64,000 bases of DNA from Basidiobolus meristosporus CBS 931.73. Taxonomy: Eukaryota > Fungi > Basidiobolomycota. Positions 50,300-63,900 of this stretch are shown piece by piece. Numbering within the stretch: the first letter of the stretch is position 1; each line of letters begins with the position of its first letter. The position numbers were made by a program, and so were the translations under genes. The notes beneath the pieces are model-generated. The model ran no database searches and was not told where the DNA came from. It saw nothing but the letters and a program-made list of their open reading frames with translations. The DNA lies in assembly GCA_002104905.1 (NCBI GenBank), contig MCFE01000407.1:16411-80410 (forward strand). The letters are read 5' to 3'.

Positions 50300-52350
50300 A
50301 ATCTGGCATACCTTGGTAGAGTTTTCCTGATAGAAATTAGCTACTTGTTGCACCCACCCACCTTTGCATCACTTAACTGATTACCCACACAGTAGGGCTG
50401 CTTAGCTTCTTGATGCCATAGGCATAGGTGTCTCCATATGCACATCTGTCCTTAGTATTTTCCAACCCTATGTGGCTGTCCTCCATGTGCCAGCTCATCA
50501 CATCCATGATGGACTTGAAGGTAATACTCTTGATGAGATTGGGGTATGGTGGTACCTGCAACTTGACTTGTCTTCCTAACTCCCCACACATCTGCTCCAT
50601 AGGAAACTCCCAGAAGGTGAAGTAAGGCCCAATATTCTCCACACACCATGCAAGATGGAATAGAGAATGGATACAGTAGAAGCAGAGATATATGCATTGA
50701 GCTTTATGTTTGTAATATAGCCACTCATATCCTGTCACACACTCCTTGCACAACAGCTGTAAATGCTTCAAGTTGGCATTGGTGATCTGCTTCTGGATAA
50801 ATATTCCTACAATGTCCACATATGACTCCCAATGCTTCCAATGTACTCTTGGTAGGAATAGCTTCAGAACACCACATGAATAAACACATATCCAGTTCAT
50901 CCAGGTTTTGCATTTATATTGTTGTATATGAGTATGATATTGCTTGGAGCCCATGAGAAGTACTTAGGGTAGCGGACACTCTGTAATATCTTGCCAATTA
51001 TTTCAAATTTCTTTGGTATCTCAAAGCGCTCATTTAGCTAGAAATGCCCCATGTACAACTTGATCATCAGCACAGGGATATTGCTGAAAAGCAAATGCAT
51101 TGCTCCCAGTGGAAAACTCTTGGTCCAAGCAATACCCTCTATCTTGAGTATCTCCAGTTTCCAACTGATTCCATATTCTGGCCAATGGGTTATAACTTGC
51201 CAACTTTGCTGCAACTGCATGCTGTCTTCTGTACATTCTCTCTGTGGGAAAATGATGATCTTGGTGCTGCTGTTTGGGTAATAATATTATGCTTGAGATA
51301 TAGAGTATATCCCCTGGGTCTCACATGTTTGACAGCAATACTGTCCATTATGCCCGGAAAAACCTGCTATATTGCTGATGGCTGGGGTATCTCCAATGCA
51401 GATAATGATATGTGCTATTACTTGACAGCCATTTACTGTTATCCTGCTGGAAAGCATTCAAATTTCATCCAGCAATGGATACAGGTAGCTATCCAGGTTG
51501 GATAGTGATTTAGGCCTAGATACTGGTGAGACTACCATCAGATTATTGCTCTGATGCCATAAGATGGGCAGCAAATTCAGATTGATGATAGTCAGTGGCC
51601 AGCAGGATTTGCTGGTAGAGTACTTGTTTAACGCAGATCCATCAAGTGCTAAGGCAAAGGCATGGTCATACATACTTTCAAAGTAGCCCTTGCTTATTTG
51701 CTGATTGTAATGTTTGCCATCAAATATATTGTATATGTTTGCACTTGATTGCTACTGAGTACAGTACTGTATAGCTTTGCAATATTTGTTGGACTGCATT
51801 AGCTTCCTCAGGCAGGATATTACTGGATTATATCTGGAGTGTGAAGAATATTTTCCCTCAATGATGGTGGAATTCTTACAGGTTGGAAATGTTGCAATGG
51901 TAGCATTTTTGGATGTGAATGCCATGCAACTGTTAACACATGCTGGAATCAGGACACTCTCTGGATCATATGTTCCCAGCTGCATGACAGTTGTCCACTT
52001 GTACCATGTACATGGTAAGTTGCATCCTGGAATGATTTTGGCAAGAAGTAGTAATAAGTTCTCAAGTCCCCCATTACTGATATTAGTGGAAACACACCAC
52101 ATCTCTAGCCACAACATTATGTCATTCACCAGTAGATGGATTACTGGGCTCACTTGGCTCCATAAAGTACCCTTGGCATTTGTTTCAGCAGGTGTTGTCT
52201 CATTGCATATTGGGATTTGACCAGGCTCATATGTCATACTGTTGTTAGGGGAGATAGGCTCAAAATCCATCAGAGAACCTTCTTTGTCAGAGCTGTCACT
52301 CTGCATGCCATATTCAGAAGGCTGAGGGGAGCCTAAAGGTGTCACAAACT
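50300..52350 (-). mobile_element. Most complete Tnp2 (CACTA/EnSpm-like) pseudogene in the window
   Basis: Broken ORFs 51752-52345, 51458-51673 (ALDGS..SCWPLTIINLNLLP) and 50373-50954 (HSLFHLAWCVENIGPYFTFWEFPMEQMCGEL, the H-GP-W-F-ER-type C-terminal motif). Confidence 0.8.
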
Positions 52351-52409
52351 TGCCTGACTCAATTTGCGCCAGGTGTCAAATACAGCTAGGTGCCAATATA
52401 GAAATATCA

Positions 52410-54599
52410 AAATATGAAATCAGATGTTGACAAAACCTGATCTCAAGACCACCAATTATCAGAATTGAATCAGAGCAATACAATGAAATCTTTCTCATTC
52501 CAGAGGACTCTACAACTATGGTTTAGCCTGTATCAGTGCCCATGAAGTCCTCAGAAGTGATCATTCTAGTATCAAATGTTAGGAGATCCAACCAGAGAAG
52601 AAATAGCTTATGTTACTATATCAATGAGGGTACAAACTTGACCTATGCCTCTTCAGTCCATATTGATGAGCCCCAGACTGTAAAAGAGGCTCTAAATGAC
52701 CCTCAGACAGAGTTTTGGAGATCTTCAATGCCTGAGGAATATCAGGCCCTGATGGAGAATCAAACTTGGGACTTATTCAAATTACCAATGAGCCAAAAAT
52801 CAATTGGATGCAGCTGAGTCTTTGAGGCAAAGTACAAGGCTGATGGTACAATTGAAAGTTACAAGTCAAGACTTGTGACCAATGGATATTCTCTAACAAA
52901 AGGACTTGACTATACTGAGATCTCTGCAATGGTAGCCAAGCTTAATTCCATCCAATTAATAATGGCTACTGCAGCCAAGTTAAGTTTTTTATATATCAAA
53001 TGAAAGTAAAGGCTACATTTTTTAACAGAGAACTAGATGAGGTTGTGTATATGGACCTGCCTGATGGGTTTGCTAACCAATATAACCCCCATTTGGTCCA
53101 CAAGCTTAAAGAATCTCTATATGGACTCAAACAATCACCAAAATCCTGGAATTGCAAGATAGATTCTTATTTGGAATCTTCAACTTTCAAATGGAGTAAT
53201 CCAGACAATAGTATATACTATAATCCAGATAGAGTAAGCTCAGTTCTATTAGCTCTATATGTGGATCATCTAATTATAGCCACCAATAATCTAGAAACAT
53301 TGGAAGAGACTAAATCCAGCCTATCTAAAGAGTTCAAGATGTCCAATTTAGGAGTACTCAGTTACTACTTAGAGATAAAGCTCTCTATAGATGGAAGTTC
53401 CCAGACTATTGCCCTAAGCCAATCCAAGTATATCCAAGATGTACTAAACAAGTACCAGATGGAAGACAGTAAACTGGTAGCTACCCCAAGGCAGACATAC
53501 CTCAACTTGGCCAAAACTCAACCAAATCAAGAGAGTTTAGTACCATCTGAAAGCACTGACTTTCCTTATGAATCTATGGTCAGCAGTCTGATGTATATAA
53601 TGCTTGGAACACATCCAGATATCTCATATTCAGTGGGAGTTGTTAGCCAGCATAATCAGAACTATGGATCTGATCATATTGCAGCAGCTAAGTGGATTTT
53701 CAGATATCTAAAAGGAACTGCTGATATCTGGTTAAGGTATAATTATAAAGATATTGGAACAAGATCTTGTGGGATACTTTGATGCTGAATGGGGACATAA
53801 CTTAGAAGATAGTAGATCCACTACAGGATACACCTTTCATTATTGTAAAGGAGAAATTTAATGGAACTCAAGAAAGCAACCAACCATAGTACTCTCTACC
53901 ACAGAGGCAGAATATATGGCAGCCTGTGAAGCTACAAACAAAACAATGTGGCTAAGAAAGCTTTTTTCAGATTTAGGCCTATGTCAATAAATGCCTTTTA
54001 CTTTATTTCAAGATCATCAAGGATGTATACAATTAAGTAGAAATCCAACTTTTCATGCTAGAACCGAGCACATAGATATTAGACATCATCTCATACATGA
54101 AGCTATAGAGAATAACTTAGTTAGCTTAGTTTACTGTCCTACAGATGTAATGATTGCAGACATATTTACCAAACCATTAGCTAGAGACAAGTTTGAATAT
54201 CTTAGGTCAAAATTAGGACTAGTCAGTATGAACATTTAGCTGAGTGGGAGTGTTGTGAAAAATTTGTATTTCCACCTAAATACTCACCTAACTTAGTTAT
54301 TTAGATCATTACCTTCATATCCCAGAGAATGCTGACCAAATTCTGTGTTGGGATTTACTTAGAGTATTTTCACCAAATACCAGGTACCCAAAACATGAAA
54401 ATTCTCAAAGTTGTTCAAACAGCCCCAAAAGCTACAACCATGTTCTTGGGACCTTCCTTAACCTATTTTATGTGTTTGTGATGCCAAGACCATGTAAAAT
54501 TATAAATACTGCTTTTACATTCAGTAAATCATTAAGTGAAAACCACATAATCTACTTGTTCTCCCAATCACTTCCAATATCTCCAAGACTTGTCCAACA
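52410..54599 (+). mobile_element. 3' half of a Copia family A element (RT, RNase H, 3' LTR 54251-54599)
   Basis: [37 protein letters not shown]; PPT agctgagtgggag. Confidence 0.9.
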
Positions 54600-55378
54600 A
54601 AAATATAGTTTCAGAATGGGCTAACAGATCAATAATTGATATAGCAAGATCTATGATCTCAGATCAAGAATTATCCAACAATTTTTGTGTGGAGTCAGTT
54701 GCCTCAGATGCATAGCTTGAAAATAGGAATTACAAAAGAATACCTGGTGATTTTATTCCATCAAAGGAGAGGTATGGATATAGACAAAGTGCAGAGCATC
54801 AAAAAATATATATGGGTCTACAGCATATGCCAAGAAACTGCCCAGAAATCAATCAGAATTTGAGCCAAGAAGTTAAAATGCATATTTTTGGCCTACTGCA
54901 ATGGGAGTAAGGCATACAGACTCTATGATACCAAACCAAAGAAGCAAGATCTCATGTTCTGGACATCTGGTTTTTGCAAAAATACTCTAAGTAAATGCCA
55001 AAAGACACTTTTTCAGGATTCTCTAAGATTTTTAGGTAATGATCTAATGGACCATGTTAGGTGAATATCTATGTAAATTACAAGCTTTTGCAACAACATA
55101 TGTGTGCATAGTTTGGGGTCTTTGGGACAGCTTTGAGAAAGATCATAATATGAGCACCTGATAATATGGTGAAAATATTTCAACTAAATCCCAACAAGAA
55201 GCTTTGCAGGACAAAATGCTAGTCACAGAATAAGATCTATGTGACCAAGTTGCCATGAATATTTAGGTAACAACTTAATTGAAGAAGTAACTTCTAATTC
55301 AATGTGTATATCTGCTGTAATTATTAAGCTGAGTACATTTGGACAATGTATTAGTCCTGCATGAAACATAGGTAAGCT
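54600..55378. mobile_element. Jumbled Copia A integrase fragment (plus) and LTR fragments (minus)
   Basis: Homology to ~61450-61760 and to family A LTR segments. Confidence 0.55.
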
Positions 55379-56615
55379 TGTTGTAAGAGTCTTGGAGATA
55401 TTTGAAGTGATTGGGAGAACAAGTAGATTATGTATTTTCACTTAATGATTTATTGAATGTAAAAGTAGTATTTATACTTTTACATAGTCTTGGCATTACA
55501 AACACATAGAATAGGTTAAGGAAGGTCCCAAGAACATGGTTGTAGCTTTTGGGGCTGTTTGAACAACTTTGAGAATTTTCATGTTCTGGGTACCTGGTAT
55601 TTGGTGAAAATATTCTAAGTAAATCCCAACACAGAATTTGGTCAGCATTCTCTGGGATATGAAGGTAATGATCTCAGTGACTAAGTTAGGTGAGTATTTA
55701 GGTGGAAATACAAATTTTTACAACACTCCCACTCAGCTAAATGTTCATACTGACTAGTCCTAATTTTGACCTAAGATATTCAAACTTGTCTCTAGCTAAT
55801 GGTTTGGTAAATATGTCTGCAATCATTACATCTGTAGGACAGTAAACTAAGCTAACTAAGTTATTCTCTATAGCTTTATGTATGAGATGATGTCTAATAT
55901 CTATGTGCTTGGTTCTAGCATGAGAAGTGGGATTTCTACCTAATTGTATACATCCTTGATGATCTTGAAATAAAGTAAAAGGCATTTATTGACATAGGCC
56001 TAAATCTGAAAAAAGCTTTCTTAACCACATTGCTTCTTTTGCAGCTTCACAGGCTACCATATACTCTGCCTCTGTGGTGGAAATTGCTATGGTTGGTTGC
56101 TTTCTTGAATTCCATGAAATTGCTCCTTTACAATAAAGAAAGGTGTATCCTGTGGTGGATCTACTATCTTCTAAGTTATGTCCCCAATGAGCATTAGAGT
56201 ATCCCACAAGATCCTGTTCTGAATCCTTATAAGTGTATCTTAAGCAGATATCAGCAGTTTCTTTTAGATATCTAAAAATCCACTTAACTGCTGCAATATG
56301 ATCAGATCTGTAGTTCTGATTATGTTGGCTGACACCTCCTACTGAATATGAGAGATCTGGACATGTTCCAAGCATGCTATACATCAGACTGCTGACCATA
56401 GATTGCTAAGGCAAGTCAGGGCTTTCAGATGGCACCAGGCTCTCTTAATTTGGTTGAGTTTTGATCAAGTTAAGTTTTGTCTCCATTGGGGTAGCTGCCA
56501 GTTTACAGTCTTCCATTTGGTACTTCTTTAGTATATCTTGAATTTACTTGGATTGACTTAGTGTGATAGTCTGGGTACTTCTGTCTATGGAGAACTTAAC
56601 CCCTAAGTAGTGACT

Positions 56616-57347
56616 AGACTTGTTCTGTTGGATAGTGCCACATTTAGCCATGAGTGCCAAATGATACCATAGTGTGCCAGAGGCCAATTGAGCATCTACC
56701 TGGCCACAGAGTGTGAAACATAGCTCCGCATCTTCATGCAAAGCAGCCCCTGTGCTTCACCCATTGTGCTGGAGAAAATTCATTTTTTGACCTTTTTTTT
56801 TGGATTAATGTTGTGCATGATATGTTAGAGCACAAGCAGATTGAAGATATGCTTCTGGTACTCAATACCCAGGGCACTCTGAATCTAGCTCCTGTAGCTT
56901 GTATCATGTCACAAAAATGAATGGCACTATCTTGGTCCACTGGTACTATCTGGCACTATCAGTGCTTTGTATAGATCTTACTTTAGGGCTAATATTTAAA
57001 TATAGTGCCAGATACTACCAGTGGACCAAGATAGTGCCATTCATTTTTGTGACATGATACAAGCTACAGGAGCTAGATTCAGAGTGCCCTGGGTATTGAG
57101 TACTAGATGCATATCTTCAGTTCTCCTGTGCTCTTACACATCCTGAGCTAGATTGATCCACAAAAAAAGATCAAAAAATGGATTTATTCCTGCGCAATGG
57201 GTGAAACACAGGGGCTGCTTTACATGAAGATGCAAAGCTATGTTTCATACTCTGTGGCCAAGTATAGGCTCACTTGACTGCTCTGACACACTATGGCATC
57301 ATTTGGCACTCATGGCTCAATGTGGCACTATCCAACAGAACAAGTCT
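56616..57347. mobile_element. Second fold-back element copy
   Basis: Ends AGACTTGTTCTGTTGG...CCAACAGAACAAGTCT; 3-bp TSD ACT (56613-56615 and 57348-57350), supported by alignment to uninterrupted Copia A RT near 53350. Confidence 0.9.
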
Positions 57348-57867
57348 ACTAAGTTCTCCTAGATTGGACATCTTGAACTCCTTAGATAGGCTGTATTTGT
57401 CTCTTCCAATGTTTCTAGGTTATTGGCAGCTATAATAAGATCATCCACATATAAAGCTAATAGAACTGCATTTGCTCCATCTGGCTTATAGTATATACTA
57501 TAGTCATCATTACTCCTTTTGAAACTCAAAGATTCCAAATAAGAATCTATCTTGCAATTCCAGGCTCTTGGTGATTGTTTGAGACCATATAGTGACTTTT
57601 TAAGCTTGCAGACCAAATGGGGGTTATTTTGGTCAACAAACCCATCAGGCTGGTCCATATACATGTCCTCATCAAGTTCTCCATTCAGAAATGCAGTTTT
57701 ACATCCATTTGATGAATAAAAAACTTATATTTGGCTGCAATAGCCAATATTAATCTGATGGACTTAAACTTGGCTACTGGTACAAAGGTCTCAGTATAGT
57801 CAAGTCATTTTGTTTGAGAGTATCCTTTGGTCACAAGTCTTGCTTTGTATCTTTCAATTGTACCATC

Positions 57868-60800
57868 TGTTGTAATAATTTGTATTTTCACCTAGATATT
57901 CATCTAACTTAGTCACTTAGATCATCACCTTCAAATCCTAGAGAATACTGACCAAATTCCTTGTTGGGATTTACTTAGAATATTTTCACCAAAATGCCAG
58001 GTACCCAGAACATGAAAATTCTCAAAGTTGTTCAAACAGCCCCAAACTTTGTAGACATGCTCTTGGGACCTTCCTTAGCCTATTCTATGTGTTTGTAATG
58101 CCAAGACCAGGTAAAAGTATAAATACTACTTTTACATTCAATAAATCATTAAGTGAAAACCACATAATCTACTTGTTATCCCAATCACTTCCAATATCTC
58201 CAAGACTATTACAACAGGTTATGAGCCCCAAGCTGTCACTCTCTGCAATGTCTACTACTGCTATTACTGGAATCTTTCCCTCTGCTGAAAAGTTGGATGG
58301 ATCTAACTACCAAATGTGGAAGGTGAAGATGAAGATGCTGCTACAAGAAAGAGGCCTTTGGGATATTGTCATGGGAGAAGAATGCCCTCCTAAAAATGTG
58401 GGAGAGGAAGTCTTAAAGTACCAGAAGAAAGAACAAAGTGCCTTTAACTGCATTTGCCTTAATGTCAAGGACAAATTGCTAATTCAATGCTCAAGAGCAA
58501 AAACGGCAAAGAATGCCTGGAAATCATTAGAAGACACCTACCAGTCATGTTCAGCTGCCAAGAAAATGTATCTGAGACAAAAATTCTTTACTACAAAGAT
58601 GCTGCCAGGAGAAAAATGAAAAATCTAATTAACAGAATTACCCTGCTGGTAGATGAGATGGAATCTGTGGGCAAACCAACTACTGATGGGGATGTGCTAG
58701 TTACTATCCTGAATAGCCTGACAGACAAGTTTCAGGGCCTTGTATCAGCCCTAGAGTCCAGAACTAAAGACTTGACCTTAAATTACATATATGGAAGGCT
58801 CCTGGATGAAGAATTAAGAAAATCAAGTGCCAATAAGAAGGAAGAGGAAAATGCATTAATGAGCAATGATAACCAACAAAGGAGGTACCCAAGACTATAC
58901 AAAGGCAACAGCAATCTGTTTTGCAACTACTGCAAAAGGAAAGGACACACATCAGACTGGTGTCTCAAAAAGAGAGATTATCAGCAAAAGAAGCCTGAAT
59001 ATGGAAATGCTGCAACAACTGAAGATAGATTATTCATATCTGCACTAAATATGTCCACAAACAAGGATTCTCAGACGTGGTATGTTGACTCTGGAGCTTC
59101 TCAACACTTTACAAACCAAAAAAAACTTTTTACCAAATATCAAGAAATTCCAATTAAGAAGGTTTTCATGGGTGATGATAGAACACTTGATGCAGTGGGA
59201 GAAGGAAAAGTCCAAGTAAACCTTAGAAGCAGTAAAGGAAGCCATACACTGACCTTTAAAGAAGTACTCTATGTACCAGAAATAGCCAAGAACCTACTAT
59301 CTGTAAGCAAGGCCACTGCAGAAGGACTCAGTTTCAGTTTTGACAATTCTGGATGCAAGATCACTGATCAAAATGGTGCCCATATTGCTTTGGGCATCAG
59401 AGATCAGAGTCTACACAAGTTGACTTATATTCCATCATATCTGGAAGCCAATATAAGTAACTTAAATGAAGAAACACCAATGCTTTGGAACAGGATAGTT
59501 GGACACATCCATTTTGATTATTTGCACAAAATGATCAAAGATCACCTAATTTCCAGAGTAAAAATTGATCCCCCAGCTAATTTGGAGCACTGTGAAGCCT
59601 GCATATATAGGAAACAAGCCAGACAACCGTTCAAGAGCTCTGGGTTGATCAAAACTAAGAAAAAATTAGATCTAATTCACTCAGATCTGTGTGGACCTAT
59701 GCAAAATTTATCCTTAGGTGGGATGAAGTATTTAATCACTTTTGTTGATGATTATGCAAGATACACATGGGTCTACTTCATGGAGAGAAAGGAAGAAGCT
59801 CTGTCTAAGTTCAGGGAGTTTAAAGCCATGGTGGAGAGAGAAACTAGTGGAAAAATCAAGAAAATACACTCTGACAATGGTGGAGAATTTACCTCAAAAC
59901 TCATCATCCACTTCTGCAAAATTCATGGGATAAAGCAAGAGACTACTGTACCATACTCCTCACAGCAAAATGGAGTAGCAGAACATGCTAACCAATCAAT
60001 AATTGATATGGCAAGATCTATGATCCATGATCAAAAATTATCCTATGGAACCCTAAGATACCTAAAAGGAACTGCTGATATCTGCTTAAGATACACTTAT
60101 AAGGATTCAGAACAGGATCTTGTGGGATACTCTGATGCTGATTAGGGACAAAATTTAGAAGACAGAAGATCCACCACAGGATACACCTTTCTTTACTTTA
60201 AAGGAGCAATTTCATGGAATTCAAGAAAGCAACCAACCGTAGCACTTTCTACCACAGAGGCAGAGTATATGGCAGCCTGTGAAGCTACAAAAGAAGCAAT
60301 GTGGTTAAGAAAGCTTTTGACAGATTTAGGCCAATGTCAAAAAATGCCTATTACTTTATTTCAGGAAAATCAAGGATATATACAATTAGGTAGAAATCCA
60401 ACTTTTCATGCTAGAACCAAGCACATAGATATTAGACATCATTTCATACGTGAAGCTATAGAGAATAACTTAGTTAGCTTAGTTTACTGTCCTACAGATG
60501 AAATGATTGCAGACATATTTACCAAACCATTAGCTAGAGACAAGTTTGAATATCTTAGGTCAAAATTAGGACTAGTCAGTATGAGCATTTAGCTGAGTGG
60601 GAGTGTTGTAAAAATTTGTGATTCCACCTAAATATTCACCTAACTTAGTCACTTATATCATTACCCTCAAATCCTAGAGAATACTGACCAAATTCCTTGT
60701 TGGGATTTACTTAGAATATTTTCACCAAAATGCCAGGTACCCAGAACATGAAAATTCTCAAAGTTGTTCAAACAGCCCCAAACTTTGTAGACATGCTCTT

Positions 60801-60952
60801 GGGACCTTTCTTAGCCAATTCTATGTGTTTGTAATGACAAGACCAGGTAAAAGTATAAATACTACTTTTACATTCAATAAATCATTAAGTGAAAACCACA
60901 TAATCTACTGGTTATCCCAATCACTTCCAATATCTCCAAGACTCTTACAACA
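57868..60952 (+). mobile_element. Internally deleted Copia family A element (RT missing), nested antisense in a same-family element
   Basis: 349-bp LTRs 57868-58216 and 60604-60952 (14 differences counted); perfect TSD CCATC; PBS 58217-58228. ORF 58487-60145 jumps in frame from integrase (HDQKLSY) to the end of RT (LRYLKGTAD). Confidence 0.95.
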
Positions 60953-63900
60953 CCATCAGCCTTGTATTTTGTCTTGAAGACCCATCTGCATCCAGTTGAT
61001 TTTTGGTTGATTGGTAATTTGACTAAGTCCCAAGTTTGATGTTCCATCAGAGCCTGATATTCCTCAGTCATTGCAAATCTCCAAAACTTTGTCTGAGGGC
61101 TATTCAGGGCCTCTTTTACAGTTTGGGGCTCATCAATATGGACTGAATAGGAATAGGCTAAGTTTGTACCCTCATAGATGTATTATTTTGGGCTACTTCT
61201 TGTTCAATTGGATCTCCAGGCATTTGAAACCGGAATGATCACTTCTGGGATATTCCTGGGCACTGATTCTGGTTGAATGAAAGTTGTAGAGTCCTCTGGG
61301 GTGAAAAAACTTTCATTGTATTGCTCTGATTCAATCCTGACAATTGGTGGATTTGGGCTCAGATTTTTGTCATCATCTGATGTCATTTTCTGTGAGAATT
61401 TTGAATTTTCATCAAACAACACATCCCTGGACTTGATCAGCTTCTTTGCTTTGGTATTGTAGAGTCTGTATGCTTTACTCTCATTGCAGTAGCCCAAAAA
61501 TATGCATTTTACACTTTTTGGCTCAAATTTTGACTGATTTCCAGCCAGTTTTTTGGCATATGCTGTACACCCAAATATTCTTAGATGTTCTGCACTTGGT
61601 CTGTATCCATACCATGCTTCAAATGGAGTAGAATCAGTATTCTGTTATAACTCATATTTTTAAGATATACAGCAGTGGCAACTGATTCCGCCCAAAAATC
61701 ATAGGATAAATTTTGATCATGGATCATAGATCTTGCCATATCAATTATTGATCTGTTAGCACGTTCTGCTACTACATTTTGCTGTGGGGAGTATGGTACA
61801 GTAGTCTCTTGCTTTATCCCATGAATTTTGCAGAAGTGGATGATGAGTTTTGAGGTAAATTCTCCACCATTGTCAGAGTGTATTTTCTTGATTTTTCCAC
61901 CAGTTTCTCTCTCCACCATGGCTTTAAACTCCCTGAACTTAGACAGAGCTTCTTCCTTTCTCTCCATGAAGTAGACCCATGTGTATCTTGCATAAACATC
62001 AACAAAAGTGATTAAATACTTCATCCCACCTGAGGATAAATTTTGCATAGGTCCACACAGATCTGAGTGAATTAGATCTGCTTTTTTTCTTAGTTTTGAT
62101 CAGCCCAGAGCTCTTGAACAGTTGTCTGGCTTGTTTCCTATATATGCAGGCTTCACAGTGCTCCAAATTAGCTGGGGGATCAATTTTCACTCCAGAAATT
62201 AGCTGATCTTTGATCATCTGGTGCAAATAATCAAAACTGATGTGTCCAAATCTCCTGTGCCAAAGCATTCATGTTTCTTCATTTAAGTTACTTATATTAG
62301 CTTCCAAATATGATGGAATATAAGTCAACTTGTATAGGTTCTGCTTTCTGATACCCAAAGCAATATGGGCACCATTTTGATCAGTGATCTTGCATCCAGA
62401 ATTGTCAAAGCTGAAACTGAGTCCTTCTGCAGTGGCCTTGCTTACAGATAGTAGGTTCTTGGCTATTTCTGGTACATAGAGTACTTCTTTAAAGGTTGGT
62501 GTATGGCTTCCTTCACTGCTTCTTAGGTTTACTTGCATACTTCCTTCTCCCACTGCATCAAGTGTTCTATCATCACCCATGAAAACCTTCTTAATTGGAA
62601 TTTCTTGATATTGGGTAAAAAGTTTTTTTTGGTGTGTAGAGTGTTGAGATGCTCTAGAGTCAATATACCATGTCTGAGAATCCTTGTTTGTGGTCATATT
62701 TAGTGCAGATATGAATAGTCTATCTTCAGTTGTTGCAGCATTTCCATATTCAGGCTTCTTTTGCTGATTATCTTTCTTTTTGAGACACCGGTCTGATGTG
62801 CATCCTTTCCTTTTGCAGTAGTTACAAAACAGGTTGCTGTTGCCTTTGTAGGGTTTTGGGTACCTCCTTTGTTGGTTATCATTGCTCATTAATGCATTTT
62901 CCTCTTCCTTCTTATTGGTGCTTGATTTTCTTAATTCTTCATCCAGGAGCCTTCACATATATGTAATTTAAGGTCAAATCTTCAGTTCTAGCCTGTAGGG
63001 TGGATACAAGGCCCTGAAGCTTGTCTGCTAGGCTATTCAGGATGGTAACTATCACATCCTCATCAGTAGTTGGTACACCCACAGATTCCATCTCATCTAC
63101 CAGCAGGGTAATTCTGTTAATTAGATTTTTCATTTCTTCTCCTGGCGGCATCTTTGTAGTAAAGAATTTTTGTCTCAGATACATTTTCTTAGCAGCTGAA
63201 CATGACTGGTAGGTGTCTTCTAATGCCTACTAGGCATTCATTGCCGTTTTTGCTCTTGAGCATTGAATTAGCAATTTGTCTTTAACGTTAAGGCAAATGC
63301 AGTTAAAGGCACTTTGTTCTTTCTTCTGGTACTTTAAGGCTTCCTCTCCCATGTTTCTAGGAGGCATTCTTCTCCCATGACAATATCACAAAGGCCTCTT
63401 TCTTGTAGCAGCATCTTCATCTTCACCTTCCACATTTGGTAGTTAGATCCATCCAACTTTTCAGCAGAGGGAAAAATTCCAGTAATAGCAGTAGTAGACA
63501 TTGCAAGAGAGTGACAGCTTGGGGCTCATAACCTGTTGTATGAGTCTTGGAGATATTGGAAATGAATAGGGAAAATAAGTAGATCATGTGGTTTTCACTT
63601 AATGATTTATTGAATGTAAAAGTAGTATTTATACTATTACATAATCTTAGCATTACAAACACATAGAAATAGGCTAAGGAAGGTCCCAAGAGCATGTGTA
63701 CAAAGATTGGGGCTTTTTGAACAACTTTGAGAATTTTCATGTTCTGGGTACCTGGTATTTTGGTGAAAATATTCTAAGTAAATCCCGACAAGCAATTTGG
63801 TCAGTATTCTCTAGGATATGAAGGTAATGATCCAAGTGACTAAGTTAGGTGAGTATTTAGGTGGAAATGCAAATTTTTACAACAAAACTTTGTCCCCTTC

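Larger units (their letters stand above)
55379..63884 (-). mobile_element. Full-length Copia family A element hosting a fold-back element and a same-family Copia
   Basis: 3' LTR 55379-55725, 5' LTR 63534-63884, PBS 63522-63533, near-TSD AAGCT/AAACT. RT is continuous across the nested insertion at 57868-60952. Confidence 0.9.

Noticed and set aside
47149-54599. Treating both Copia A halves as one element split by the Tnp2 insertion
   Set aside because: Outer flanks AGCAC and AAAAT do not form a TSD, and several hundred bp of integrase are missing; cannot be established.
58600-58625. Programmed gag-pol frameshift in Copia A (ggagaaaaatgaaaaat)
   Set aside because: Other copies read ggagaagaaatg in one frame, so this is a 1-nt deletion in this copy.
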